A stretch of 64,000 nucleotides of DNA. Source: Methanobacteriota archaeon (GTDB taxonomy: Archaea > Thermoplasmatota > Poseidoniia > Poseidoniales > Poseidoniaceae). Shown piece after piece: positions 47,551 through 58,077 of this stretch (position 1 is its first letter; every line of letters starts with the position of its first letter). The notes beneath the pieces are model-generated. The model was not told the origin of the DNA. It did no database searches and worked only from the letters and a program-made list of their open reading frames with translations. A program made the translations under genes and the position numbers. The stretch lies in NCBI GenBank assembly GCA_002706065.1, contig PAJM01000017.1, positions 77,044 through 141,043 on the forward strand. The letters are read 5' to 3'.

Positions 47551-48747
47551 ATGAGCGTCCGTGATACCGACGTTGAGAGGAAAGGGTCCAGTCTATCTGG
47601 AAAACGTATCCTTGTTGGAGTCACAGGTGGTATCGCTGCGGTGGACACTGTTCGTTTGCTTCGAGAAATGCGAAGACATGGAGCGGAGATGCTTGTCATC
47701 ATGACCGAAAGTGCGCAACGGGTCATCACGCCACTGGCTGTGGAATGGGCAAGTCAATGTCAAGTCATCACAGATTGGGATGGAGATATGAAGCAATTGG
47801 AAGATGTTGACGCCATACTCGTTGCCCCCGCAACGCGAAATACTGTTGCTGCACATCTCCATGGTATGCAACAGGGACCTCTACTAATGGCATTGAGTGC
47901 CGCTCGGTCACGTGAAACGCATGTGCTTATGGTCCCGAGCATGCATGCAGATTTGGCCGATGATCCAATCACCGATGACATCGTCGAGCGTTTGCGCGAG
48001 GAAGGTATCGACGTCATGTGGGGAGACCTCGAAGAAGGAAAGCGTAAAACCCCCGATCACAAGCATATTGTTGCTCGATTTGCTCATGGTATTCACTCCA
48101 AATCAGTGAATCGAAAGAATGTCGTCGTTACGCTGGGTGGAACGTACTCGCCAATTGATGATGTTCGAGGAATTCAAAACACAAGTTCGGGCAATACCGG
48201 TTATGCCATCGCTGATGACTTGTACCGGTACGGTCATGATGTCACGTGTGTTGTTGGTACGACCAGTGTTGAACAACCATCTTGGTTACCGCTGTGCATT
48301 CAGGCTAAGCAGCCTGACAATATGCTTGCAGAACTGAAAGCTCTCGCTAACGATGACATTCAGGCTTGGGTACATACGGCTGCCGTCCTCGATTACGTTG
48401 TTGATTCTCCTGCCGAGGGAAAATTAGCAAGCCAGCAAGGACCGCTTGAAGTTCAATTGGTTGAAGGTCCAAAGCATATCCAAGAATTGAAAGAAAAGGT
48501 CAGTGGCTCAACCCGAATTGGGTTCAAATTAGAGACTGGAATCAAGCAACGGGATTTGATTCACAGAGCTGCTGCACAAATCGAACTCTCAGGAATGACG
48601 GCTGTCGTTGCAAATCGTTTGGAAGACATCGGCGACCCATCAAAACCGAGAGGTTATCTTGTCGACAAGCAGGGTAGTCATTTTGTTCTTGAGAATCAAT
48701 TCGAACTCTGTGATGCTTTGCGGACCATCATTGAACGAGGGGATTGA
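47551..48747 (+). CDS. coaBC: Bifunctional phosphopantothenoylcysteine decarboxylase/ligase
   Basis: VGVTGGIAA, VAPAT.N, PSMH, EEGK, T.G.T..PIDDVRGI.N.SSG.TG, AAV.DY, GFKLE, VAN. Confidence 0.92.
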   Translation: MSVRDTDVERKGSSLSGKRILVGVTGGIAAVDTVRLLREMRRHGAEMLVIMTESAQRVITPLAVEWASQCQVITDWDGDMKQLEDVDAILVAPATRNTVAAHLHGMQQGPLLMALSAARSRETHVLMVPSMHADLADDPITDDIVERLREEGIDVMWGDLEEGKRKTPDHKHIVARFAHGIHSKSVNRKNVVVTLGGTYSPIDDVRGIQNTSSGNTGYAIADDLYRYGHDVTCVVGTTSVEQPSWLPLCIQAKQPDNMLAELKALANDDIQAWVHTAAVLDYVVDSPAEGKLASQQGPLEVQLVEGPKHIQELKEKVSGSTRIGFKLETGIKQRDLIHRAAAQIELSGMTAVVANRLEDIGDPSKPRGYLVDKQGSHFVLENQFELCDALRTIIERGD

Positions 48748-48748
48748 T

Positions 48749-49354
48749 GTGCGTCGATTTGCTGTCATTGGCCATCGGGCAATGAGCAAAGGCAAGTTAC
48801 CACTCAATGACTTAGCAGGAGGGGCAGGGCGAATGGATGTTCTGATTCGCGCAGTCATGTCTGCACTTCTTACCTCACATGGACTACGGAGCGATGTTGA
48901 AGTAATTTTGCACCTCCAAGGAGGCCCGGGGCCAAATCGGCGATTGAAATTCGTTGGTTCTGAACTCAAAGGATTTCATGCTGAAGAACGGAGTGTTGCT
49001 GGTCTGATTGCCAAAGCCATTCGTGAACCTATGCCTGCAATTGGGCAATGGGTTCAACGTACACCTGGCCTTTATGATGGAGGTGGTCAATTCACTCAAA
49101 CGTTGAAGGAGTGGAGTGATTCGATACTCGTTCGGCTTGATGCAGATGGAGAGCGCCTCTGGAAAGAAAACAGCACCATCCCCCAGAAATCAACATCAAA
49201 CCATCCCTCGATCGCATTCGTGTTGTCCGATGATCAACCAATGGACACTGAGGATGGGCTTGCTCGCTCAATCGGATCTACGTGGTTGCAGGGCCACCAC
49301 GCTATTGCGATTTGCCATTTCTTGCTCGATGAGGGCGTTCAACTCAACCTTTGA
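48749..49354 (+). CDS. trmY: tRNA (pseudouridine54-N1)-methyltransferase
   Basis: RRFAVIGH, LNDL.G.AGRMDVL.R, SHGLR.D, ERS, FVLSD; SPOUT-type C-terminus. Confidence 0.85.
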   Translation: MRRFAVIGHRAMSKGKLPLNDLAGGAGRMDVLIRAVMSALLTSHGLRSDVEVILHLQGGPGPNRRLKFVGSELKGFHAEERSVAGLIAKAIREPMPAIGQWVQRTPGLYDGGGQFTQTLKEWSDSILVRLDADGERLWKENSTIPQKSTSNHPSIAFVLSDDQPMDTEDGLARSIGSTWLQGHHAIAICHFLLDEGVQLNL

Positions 49355-50321
49355 ACCACGTTGGATGACCTGTGTCATCTCCATTGAGTGCATGAGCGAG
49401 AAGTTGATCGTCCAATGCAAGCGGATGTGTTTGTGGCCATGTTGGCAGTGAGGATATACTTGCAAAGCCTTCTGCAACGCAATCACAGTCGCCACCACTC
49501 ACCGTCATCGTATCGATGTAAGCGGCACCAATGGTGAATGTAGATTCGACTGCACCATGTTCACGTTCTGAAAATTTCACAGCATTTCGATACCAGCGCA
49601 TCCCCAATCGAGTGGTTTTGTATTGACCATTCCATTGAGGTGGAACGTTCAGATTCAGCATTAACTCTCCGTTACGAAATGCGTCCATCAGCTGTTGATC
49701 TGCTTGAGCATTACTACGTTCTATGGGTTGTTTCGGCCACGAGGATACATGTTTTGAGCGGACATCAATATGAGGTCTGCACAGATTTTGAGGGGTTTGA
49801 GGTACCAATGGGAGGACACGTTGCACGAGTTCGACTGTCGCATCAATGCCGGCGTGCATTCCTTCTGGGTCAAAGGAGGTATAGGAACTCGCAATCGCAG
49901 GAATGCCGTACAACCCTGCTTCTCGTGCAGCACCCATCGTACCACTGTGATAGGAATCCTGTGAGAGGTTTGGGCCTAAATTTACACCAGACAAAACCAG
50001 TGATGGTTCAACATTTGGCAAGACATGCTTGAGGCCTCCATCCAGTGCAACGATCATCGTGTCGCAGGGTGTACCATCGAGTGCAAATAAATGGACGCCG
50101 ACTGATTCGTCAAGATTCCATTTATCGATCAATTCACTCCTGTTGTGAAGATCGATTGGTATTCCAAGATTCAACTGCATGCTGCATGCAGACTTGTTTC
50201 CAGATGGGGCAAATGCGACAATGGGGATGTTTGCTTGGTTCAAGGCTTTCACCAAATACTCAAACCCTGGGGCTTCAATACCGTCATCGTTGGTCAAAAG
50301 GACCCATTTCTTTACCATCAT
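49344..50321 (-). CDS. surE: 5'/3'-nucleotidase SurE
   Basis: LLTNDDGI.APG, GTPCD, SGVNLGPN...SGTMGAAREA, LNLNVP. Confidence 0.9.
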   Translation of the reverse strand: MMVKKWVLLTNDDGIEAPGFEYLVKALNQANIPIVAFAPSGNKSACSMQLNLGIPIDLHNRSELIDKWNLDESVGVHLFALDGTPCDTMIVALDGGLKHVLPNVEPSLVLSGVNLGPNLSQDSYHSGTMGAAREAGLYGIPAIASSYTSFDPEGMHAGIDATVELVQRVLPLVPQTPQNLCRPHIDVRSKHVSSWPKQPIERSNAQADQQLMDAFRNGELMLNLNVPPQWNGQYKTTRLGMRWYRNAVKFSEREHGAVESTFTIGAAYIDTMTVSGGDCDCVAEGFASISSLPTWPQTHPLALDDQLLAHALNGDDTGHPTWFKG

Positions 50322-51298
50322 TCAGCCTCCATGATTCGGTTCTCGTTATGAAGTGATGTTTGGTTGGTAAGGTGTTCCCCATACACGATCGATACAATTC
50401 CAATCATCAGAATCGGCCCCCCGATCCATGTCCACAATCCTGGTATCCCTGTCGAGAAAAACATCCATCCGATAATAGAACCGAGGACTGGTTCCAACGT
50501 AACGCTGATTGAGATAAGCAATGGTGAGACGTACTTTAAGCAGTAATTGAGACCCGTGTGGCCTAAAATTCCAGCGATGAATGCAAGAAGAACGAACCAA
50601 ACCAAGGTTTCATGTTCAACATAGCCAAATGCTCCGAAAGTAGAATATTCTGGCTCAAGCAAAAAGGAAGCTGGTATCAGAAGTAGTCCTCCGATAAGCG
50701 TCACAGGGAAGGCATAGAGGAAGAGCGGCATCCACTCACGGAGGATTCGTCCACACACGATGTAGCCAACAACAAACACTGCGCCGAGAAAAGCGAGTTG
50801 GTCGCCGAAAATGGTTACAGAACGATCCCCTTGAACATCACCAGTATCGAGCATCGAGATTGCTGCTCCAGCAAACGCTGCAATTCCTCCTAGAGTTTCC
50901 AATGCATTCGGTTTCCGCACAAAATAGAGCATACCGATCAGAATGACAAGTGGATGAGCAGTGACGAATAGGAGCGAATGTGTAAGTGAAGTATAGTCCA
51001 AGGAGGTCACCCAGAACCCAAAATGGAGGGCAAGAAAAGCCCCACTTGCAGCGATCACTTTGAGTGTCGGAGGTTCAATCATCTTTGACTTGATTCCTGA
51101 ATCGATTGAAGTATATTGCCAAAATGCAAGTGGCGCAAGAATCAATGCCGTCAATTGAAGACGCCACGATGCCCTCAGAAGCGGGGGGATTTCATCAACA
51201 TGCGTGAAGATTGCCCCCGCACTTGAAACACCACAAATGGCAACTCCAAGCACCAGCCAAACATGTGCTGGAACCGAGCCACCTCGCATGTCGGTCAC
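50318..51298 (-). CDS. DMT/EamA family transporter
   Basis: About ten TMs; ALHFGFW..SL, GD.LA, GHT.LN, LEPV. Confidence 0.88.
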   Translation of the reverse strand: MTDMRGGSVPAHVWLVLGVAICGVSSAGAIFTHVDEIPPLLRASWRLQLTALILAPLAFWQYTSIDSGIKSKMIEPPTLKVIAASGAFLALHFGFWVTSLDYTSLTHSLLFVTAHPLVILIGMLYFVRKPNALETLGGIAAFAGAAISMLDTGDVQGDRSVTIFGDQLAFLGAVFVVGYIVCGRILREWMPLFLYAFPVTLIGGLLLIPASFLLEPEYSTFGAFGYVEHETLVWFVLLAFIAGILGHTGLNYCLKYVSPLLISISVTLEPVLGSIIGWMFFSTGIPGLWTWIGGPILMIGIVSIVYGEHLTNQTSLHNENRIMEAE

Positions 51299-53652
51299 GA
51301 CTCGTTGACCAATTCAGCGTCCATGACCGGTTGTGCACCGATGACGCCGGCTCGCTTGAATAGGGCGTAAATTATGTATCCGATTCCAACGTTGAGACCA
51401 ATGAATCCAGCCATTCGGCCAATGTACCATCCTGTTCCGTCCGGATCGGGAACGAGTGTGTCAATGAACGAGAGAATGCTTGATTCTGTACCAAAGAAGG
51501 CCTCTCCTGTGAGTAAACCTGCTGCAACCATAAACGTGCTGAGTAGGATAAGTGCACGCTTCTTTTCAGCAGCACTCGCTCCTTCTTTTTCTTTGATCGC
51601 CTCAACTTTTGGCTTGAGTTTCTTTTCTTCCCACTTGTCACGGCTGTATCCGCCAATGAGCATTGGAAGTGTGTGAGGTACGTCGAGGTACATTCCAAGG
51701 CCGAACGAAGTCCCCATTCCAGTGACCCATTCAACAAACATTCCAAGAATGAAACCGAGACCAAGAAGATACAAATCGCCTTGACCCTCTGCAAATATTA
51801 CTGAAAAGGTGGCGAAAGCATTTGCTTGCGGCGCAATCAAATCGATTCGTCCTTCAGCGAGTTGAATGGACAAAAAGATTGCAACTGCTGCACCGATGAT
51901 TGCCCCTGGAACAACACCCATGATGTTTCCTTTCGAAATATGGTACGGCCGGTTTCCGATGTAAAGGCTATTTTTGTAGTCACCAATGACCGTACCGGAC
52001 ATTGAAATTGCTGAACCAAAAACAGTCGTTCCAACAAGACCGAGAAGCACAGCATCTTGTTTGCTAAGACCGAGCGAGGATTCCATGTTCAGGAAAATAC
52101 CCAGAAGCATCAGCAAGACGATGAACGAGGTCCCTGAGACCGGTTCAATACCGGTTTCACCCATGACGCGAACTGCAATCGCACCGAGAAGGAATGTCGT
52201 TAGAATGAGAACAGTTGCAAAGATGACTGCTGCTGCAATTGGGAACCCTCCGATCCAGAAAATCAAAATCATGGAGAGGAATGTCAATCCCATGAAAATA
52301 GGAATATGCATGAGTGGCCACTCATACCATCCCTTACCTTCCATGTATTCCTGAGAACCTTCACCCTTGAACGCTGAACCAATGTCCTTGAAGATGTTTG
52401 CAAACGTACGCCACATCTTGGCAAGACCAAACATTCCACCGCCAACGATCGACCCGATTGCAATGGTTCGAACGGTCTTTGAGAATGCGATCATTTGCAG
52501 AGCTTGGCCGCCTTCTCTGGCATAGTCTTGAATTGGAACGTTTGCTTGCATTGTGGCATCATAGACGGGGAAGTTGCTGAACACAGCCAATGGAACGAGG
52601 AAGAACCAACCTACGAGCGTTCCCAAATTCACCAAAAACGCAACACGTGTTTTCATGAACCAGCCGATTGCAAACATCGATGGCGTGAGTGCAACACCAA
52701 CGTACGTGTAAGCGAACGGATTCCATGCGCTCTCCTCAGACCATTGCGTATACTTCTTTGAAGAACCGTCCTCATAAATTCCAGACGGCTGGTGAATCTT
52801 CCCTGCGCTGTAGAAGGATGCAAGTCCAACATCACCGACGTGCAGTGTCTCAGCAAGATAATCCATCACGGAGAGTTTCTTATCGGAGAGCCATATCAAT
52901 GGATACTCGATCAGGAACATTCCAATCATGGTAATCCCTGTCCACAGACCGATGGTTTTCAGTGACTCACGTGCGTGTTCGACCGCCCCTGTGTTGACAT
53001 CAGAGGCGATGTCGAGCATTTTCAGGGTCGCTTCAAATCCTGGCAATGGCAGAGGATCTTCAACAAGCCAAACACGACGGAAGATGATGAAGTACATCAC
53101 GCCGAGGAACCCTGCGAACATTGAAGCTACGATGGCGATGAATGCAAGTCTGAACGCTTCACCGTCCTCAAGCGTAATCAACGGGCCATCGGCCAATGAA
53201 TACTGGGCTTTCGACGCCAACAGGAAGATTGCAGGGAACGTGAAGATGAAACCTGTTGATGCATGCGTTGCTCCGGTTGTAGCTGATGTCGCAATGTTCA
53301 CTTCAGATGGAGACCATTTGAGAGCCATACCCAGCAGATAGGCGATGTACCATGCTGCAGAGATTGCCAATCCGAGTTTCAAGCCAATGTAAGCGGTTAC
53401 GCCTGAGAAGATTGCACCGATTGCAATTCCAATCATAACTTTGGAGGGAGACCAATGCGAAACCTCGAACGATTCTTGGAGGTTTTTCTCTTCAAGATAT
53501 TGCTCGAGTACACCCGTATTGAGGTTGTTGTACATCTCGTCGTCAAGCCAAGTGAGTGTCCCGTCTTCGATTGCTTTGAGACCTTTTGCAGTCACAGGCT
53601 GCCGATACGCTGAGCGTTGAACTGTTGAATCCGAAAGAGATTTCTCGTCCAT
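51295..53652 (-). CDS. OPT family oligopeptide transporter
   Basis: YIGLKLGL, FIFTFPA, LPLPG..A, GETG..PVSG, D.K....G, APQANA, FGLGMYL, AAGLL.GE; SD GGGGAG. Confidence 0.88.
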   Translation of the reverse strand: MDEKSLSDSTVQRSAYRQPVTAKGLKAIEDGTLTWLDDEMYNNLNTGVLEQYLEEKNLQESFEVSHWSPSKVMIGIAIGAIFSGVTAYIGLKLGLAISAAWYIAYLLGMALKWSPSEVNIATSATTGATHASTGFIFTFPAIFLLASKAQYSLADGPLITLEDGEAFRLAFIAIVASMFAGFLGVMYFIIFRRVWLVEDPLPLPGFEATLKMLDIASDVNTGAVEHARESLKTIGLWTGITMIGMFLIEYPLIWLSDKKLSVMDYLAETLHVGDVGLASFYSAGKIHQPSGIYEDGSSKKYTQWSEESAWNPFAYTYVGVALTPSMFAIGWFMKTRVAFLVNLGTLVGWFFLVPLAVFSNFPVYDATMQANVPIQDYAREGGQALQMIAFSKTVRTIAIGSIVGGGMFGLAKMWRTFANIFKDIGSAFKGEGSQEYMEGKGWYEWPLMHIPIFMGLTFLSMILIFWIGGFPIAAAVIFATVLILTTFLLGAIAVRVMGETGIEPVSGTSFIVLLMLLGIFLNMESSLGLSKQDAVLLGLVGTTVFGSAISMSGTVIGDYKNSLYIGNRPYHISKGNIMGVVPGAIIGAAVAIFLSIQLAEGRIDLIAPQANAFATFSVIFAEGQGDLYLLGLGFILGMFVEWVTGMGTSFGLGMYLDVPHTLPMLIGGYSRDKWEEKKLKPKVEAIKEKEGASAAEKKRALILLSTFMVAAGLLTGEAFFGTESSILSFIDTLVPDPDGTGWYIGRMAGFIGLNVGIGYIIYALFKRAGVIGAQPVMDAELVNES

Positions 53653-53769
53653 GGTATACACTCCCCGATGTCTCTTGGTAACGCGGACACTTGAATACAG
53701 TTGCCCTCAAGTTTTCCGATTTTTCCATCGTTGCGCAGGGTTTATGCCTACCGATTGTGATAGATGCTC

Positions 53770-54228
53770 ATGAGCGAAACATCGGGTGAAGCAAAACTGT
53801 CTCGACTTGGGGCACAAGATTTGAACAAAGATGGACGGATTATTAACCTCGTAATCGTAGGTTCGAGTCGGTTCTATGACTATTCCATTGTCGAGGAAAT
53901 TCTGGACCAATGGATCGAAATTGAAGGATACCCTGACTTGATCATCGTGGGCGGTGCGAGTGGTGTTGACTACCTTGCTGAGCGATGGGCTACAAACAAC
54001 ATCATTGAATGTGTAATGTTCTCAGAATTCTGGGACAAACCACGACCAGGTCTCAAAGATTCTGGGAGAGGTGAGGCTCCGCTCGAACTTACAGAAAAGC
54101 TTCTCGAAGCGGCAACCCATGTTCTTGCATTTTTAGGCCATGAAAGTAAATGGACAAAAGTCGTCGCCGATGAGGCACACCAACGAGGAATTCCTACTTA
54201 TGTCCATCATTTGGATGATTCAGATTGA
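53770..54228 (+). CDS. SLOG superfamily (YspA/DUF2493-like) protein
   Basis: LVIVGSSRFYDY, IIVGGASGVDYLAERWA, VLAF....SKWT; TTTATGCC box at -29. Confidence 0.72.
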   Translation: MSETSGEAKLSRLGAQDLNKDGRIINLVIVGSSRFYDYSIVEEILDQWIEIEGYPDLIIVGGASGVDYLAERWATNNIIECVMFSEFWDKPRPGLKDSGRGEAPLELTEKLLEAATHVLAFLGHESKWTKVVADEAHQRGIPTYVHHLDDSD

Positions 54229-54929
54229 CGATAAACGATTTTTCGTGCAGGAATCCCTACCCAAATTTCCCCATCTGGGATGACTTTTCGTTTGGGAAGG
54301 ACAGCGCGATTTCCAAGTACACAATTTTCTCCGATACGTGCACCGGGCCCAACCATTGTAGCCCCACCTACGGTTGAGTTCTTGCCGACAACAATTTTCT
54401 CCAGTATGATGTTGCCTTTTTCGACGAGGTGACCATTGAGCGTTGCCCCTCCTCCAACGACGACGTTGTCACCCAATTCGACCAACGAAGGGTCATTTAT
54501 TTTTACAGAATTAATGTTGACATTCTTGCCAATTTTGCAGCCCGCCAATCGGTAATATGCATTCGCAAAGAACGAAGGAACAACATGTGTCAGGAAGGGT
54601 TGCGTTGAACGGTGTAGTTGTCCACAAATCGCCCACCGAATCGTTGTCATGGAGCCAAGCGGTGCAACGATTCGATCTTTGAATCGTAAGCGAATGAGAG
54701 ATTGAAGACTTCCCGATAGCAACAGCAGAAACATCCCCCACGTAAGGAGAGCAATCGATGCTGAAAATCCAATCAAACACAAATCCATCCAGCTCTTATC
54801 ACCAGGTCCAAACGAAGTCAGCCAATCAAAAACATAGAGGGCGGGTGCAACAGGCAAGCCCCAAACAACACCCATCATGAGAATTAGCACAACGGACATG
54901 AACGCCTGGATTTGGGGAAAGCCACGCAT
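54207..54929 (-). CDS. Membrane-anchored left-handed beta-helix (hexapeptide) acyltransferase-like protein
   Basis: Two N-terminal TMs; G.KIGKNV, LGDNVVVG, VGKNSTVG, IGENCVLG, W.GIPA. Confidence 0.82.
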   Translation of the reverse strand: MRGFPQIQAFMSVVLILMMGVVWGLPVAPALYVFDWLTSFGPGDKSWMDLCLIGFSASIALLTWGMFLLLLSGSLQSLIRLRFKDRIVAPLGSMTTIRWAICGQLHRSTQPFLTHVVPSFFANAYYRLAGCKIGKNVNINSVKINDPSLVELGDNVVVGGGATLNGHLVEKGNIILEKIVVGKNSTVGGATMVGPGARIGENCVLGNRAVLPKRKVIPDGEIWVGIPARKIVYRQSESSK

Positions 54930-54941
54930 GGCATTCACCTC

Positions 54942-56960
54942 TCATGCATCCTGTTTGTCAGACTCGGCACGTGCTCGAGCATCCTCTTCTTCAGCAACTC
55001 GAATTCCTTCTTCAATGTCAACACGACTTGTGAGGTAGGTTCCTGCGAGAATGACGATTGTAATAGATAAAATTGCAACACGACTGTCGAAGGTGGTACT
55101 TGCAATGGCATACAGCGCCGTTCCGATCATGGCTGCAGATTTTCCAAGGAAACCAAAGAATCCATAGAACTCAGACGCTCGAGATTTCGGTGTAAGCATT
55201 GAAAACATGGAACGGGCTTGCGCACCTGCGGACCCCATGGCACAACCAACGAACATCCCGAGGATAATCCATTGAAGTGAAACACCGAGGTTGAGAGGCT
55301 TCCAGACATTGTCCCTCATTGTTTCGGCCCAGCCATCGACAAGACCGCCCTGGTCTAGGATTGTTGGATGCTGATCACCGATTTCATCGGCTCCTGCAAT
55401 CGTTTCATTACCACCGATGATAATGATAGAAAATCGGTGTTCGCTTGTGTTGTCAAAAGCGTTAACGAGAGCCACGGCATCTGTTTCTGAAATTGACTTG
55501 ATATCTTTTTCTTCAACCTTCGCTTGGTCTGCAAGGAACGATGCACCGAAGATACCTACTGCCACAAGCAAAAATGCTGCAAAGAATCCCATTAGACCCA
55601 TCTCTTGATCCTGGATGAACTTTATACCCAATCCGAGCAATCCTACCATCGCCAAAATAAACAGACAGACGAGGAGACCCTTGCCGAAGGTATTGTCTCC
55701 TGCTTTTTCTACGGAGTAATCGGTCTCGGGGAAGTGGGCTTGGAAGTTGTCCCTGAAGGCTGCGTCACCTTCCGAATCTTCTGCAATCCAACCTTCATAT
55801 CCTCTGTCGTAGAGCGTGGTCATTTCATATACTCCAGTATCATTATTCCATTCAAATTTGAAGTCATATCGATCAGCGTCATCTTGGCCTTCGAGTTCGA
55901 GGGGAGCAAAACCAGCCGCTGTCACTGAAACAGCACAATAAATCAGCAACGCAACCATCAAAGCAAATTTCGTACCTTTCTTAGCCGCAAGTTTACCAAA
56001 AACAAACGTCATGGGAACTGCCACGACATTGACGGTAAGAAGCAACATAATGTTCATGCTGGGGTTGATTCTAAGAACCGACTCACCAAATGCGCTTGCC
56101 ATACTTGCAATTGTGTTTACACCATCGTAGAACAACAGGTAGGCAACGAGGAAAAAGGCAAGAACTTTGAATTTACGAATTTCCTTTGCCGTTTGAAACA
56201 CCTGGCCATAAGCAATTTTCGTAGCACCCACCACACGGGCAAGGTTGTTCTTCCCTAAACCATGCCATTCCAATTCGGTTGGGATATCTGGTTCGGGCGT
56301 CCATTTGAAAATCAAAGCACCAAAGCCCCACCACCACAATGCAGAAGTGGCAAAAATAACAGCCAACTTGAAATCTGTATCCAAATCAAATGGACCAAGC
56401 AAGAGAATGAGATGGAAAACCAAGAGAAGTGAACCGCCTGCAAATCCGTAGATGTAACCCCACGTGGACAGTTTATCCTGTTGGTCACGAGAACCAAGAT
56501 ACGGCATGAACGAATAATAGATGACGTTTCCTCCAGTAAATCCAATTGTTCCGATTGTGAACATAACAGCGAGAACGATGTAACCGTCCGAACCAAAGTA
56601 CGGAGCAGCTCCCATCAGAGCGCAGAAGACGATACCAGCCGCCGTATACCATTTGAGCAGCTTTTTCTTGATCGGCATCTTGTCGGCAATAACCCCAAGT
56701 GCAGGTGCTGTAATAACGACGAAAATCATGGAAAAGGTCAATATTGTAGCATAAAAGGAATCACCAGATTGTGTACCTGTGGCCTTGTTGTACAAATTTG
56801 CCATCAGTGCAGGAGCAATAACAGTCATCACAGTGAGTGCATAGGCTTGATTAGCCCAGTCGAAGAAATACCATCCTTTGATGGCCTTCTGTTCGTCTTC
56901 GCTCATCGATGACATGATGTCCTTTGCTGTCTTGTTATCTGCAATAGCCATCTCACTCAT
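54942..56960 (-). CDS. MFS transporter (UMF1/Atg22-like) with large insertion
   Basis: WYFFDWANQAY, P.LG.IAD, YYSFMP, GY..GFAGG, YDGVNT, RSMFS.L.P, FFG..GK. Confidence 0.85.
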   Translation of the reverse strand: MSEMAIADNKTAKDIMSSMSEDEQKAIKGWYFFDWANQAYALTVMTVIAPALMANLYNKATGTQSGDSFYATILTFSMIFVVITAPALGVIADKMPIKKKLLKWYTAAGIVFCALMGAAPYFGSDGYIVLAVMFTIGTIGFTGGNVIYYSFMPYLGSRDQQDKLSTWGYIYGFAGGSLLLVFHLILLLGPFDLDTDFKLAVIFATSALWWWGFGALIFKWTPEPDIPTELEWHGLGKNNLARVVGATKIAYGQVFQTAKEIRKFKVLAFFLVAYLLFYDGVNTIASMASAFGESVLRINPSMNIMLLLTVNVVAVPMTFVFGKLAAKKGTKFALMVALLIYCAVSVTAAGFAPLELEGQDDADRYDFKFEWNNDTGVYEMTTLYDRGYEGWIAEDSEGDAAFRDNFQAHFPETDYSVEKAGDNTFGKGLLVCLFILAMVGLLGLGIKFIQDQEMGLMGFFAAFLLVAVGIFGASFLADQAKVEEKDIKSISETDAVALVNAFDNTSEHRFSIIIIGGNETIAGADEIGDQHPTILDQGGLVDGWAETMRDNVWKPLNLGVSLQWIILGMFVGCAMGSAGAQARSMFSMLTPKSRASEFYGFFGFLGKSAAMIGTALYAIASTTFDSRVAILSITIVILAGTYLTSRVDIEEGIRVAEEEDARARAESDKQDA

Positions 56961-57081
56961 GGTATCCCTTGTCTTCTCATGTTCGACTTGGTTTATGAAA
57001 ACAACACCTGCACGGACATGAAGCGGAGAGGTTTGGTAACATTCAACAAATGTTCAAACCAAAAAACATCCAGCGTTGCGT

Positions 57082-58077
57082 ATGACCAAGACCTTTCCAA
57101 ACGTGTTGATTACTGGCTGCACGGGTTTTTTGGGGCGTCAAGTCACACAAGAATTCCTTTCACGTGGATACAATGTTCGGGGAACGACCCGTGCACCCAA
57201 GGAACAACATCAAAGCATTCTCAATGATTTTTCTGCGGGCGAAAGGTTTGAACTTCGCACGCTCGATCTCACCAAAGAAGACGGTTGGAGTGAGGCCATG
57301 GAAGGAATGGATGCCGTAATTCATACAGCATCACCGTTCTCTGCCTACGAACCAAAAGACGAGATGGACTTGATTGGTCCAGCCAGAGATGGAACCCTTC
57401 GAATTCTTCGAATTGGATATCAGTCCGGAATATGTAAGTATGTTGTAACTTCATCGACAGCAGCCATTTCTGGCGCCACCCCAACGACAAAAAATAAAAC
57501 GTATACAGAAGAGGATTGGACTGATTTGTCCAGAAACATATCCGCTTACACAAAAAGTAAAACATTGGCAGAGAAAGCCGCTCGGGATTTTGCAGCGTCA
57601 AACCCAGACATCTCATTGACCACCGTTAATCCTAACGTCATATTCGGCCCAATGCACAGTGGAAAGTCCGGTACATCACTGCGAATCATTGAATCAATCG
57701 TCAAGAGTTCCTATCCAGGATATCCAAAGATCAGTTTTGCACCGGTTGACGTCCGAGATGTTGCATGGATGCATGCCGAAGCCTTGGAACGCGAAGAACT
57801 TGATGGAGAACGATTGATGATGGCATCAACACCAATCACCATGCCACAAATTGCTCGCCACTTGAAAGCCTATGGCTACAAGGTTCGAACCATGGCGTTA
57901 CCAAACATTGTTGTCAAACTCATGGCAGTATTCATCAAAGAAGCAAGACTTGTGACACGAGGTTTAGGGACAACGAACCACTATGATTGTTCAAACACAA
58001 TTGAAAAAACTGGTTGGAAGTCAACGACCCACGAGGAGATGATTGTCTCCGCAGCCAAATCTCTTGGATTTCAATGA
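57082..58077 (+). CDS. NAD-dependent epimerase/aldehyde reductase (extended SDR, DFR-like)
   Basis: VLITGCTGFLG, HTASP, TSS.AA, YTKSKTLAE, VDVRDVA; TTCAAACC box at -29. Confidence 0.88.
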   Translation: MTKTFPNVLITGCTGFLGRQVTQEFLSRGYNVRGTTRAPKEQHQSILNDFSAGERFELRTLDLTKEDGWSEAMEGMDAVIHTASPFSAYEPKDEMDLIGPARDGTLRILRIGYQSGICKYVVTSSTAAISGATPTTKNKTYTEEDWTDLSRNISAYTKSKTLAEKAARDFAASNPDISLTTVNPNVIFGPMHSGKSGTSLRIIESIVKSSYPGYPKISFAPVDVRDVAWMHAEALEREELDGERLMMASTPITMPQIARHLKAYGYKVRTMALPNIVVKLMAVFIKEARLVTRGLGTTNHYDCSNTIEKTGWKSTTHEEMIVSAAKSLGFQ

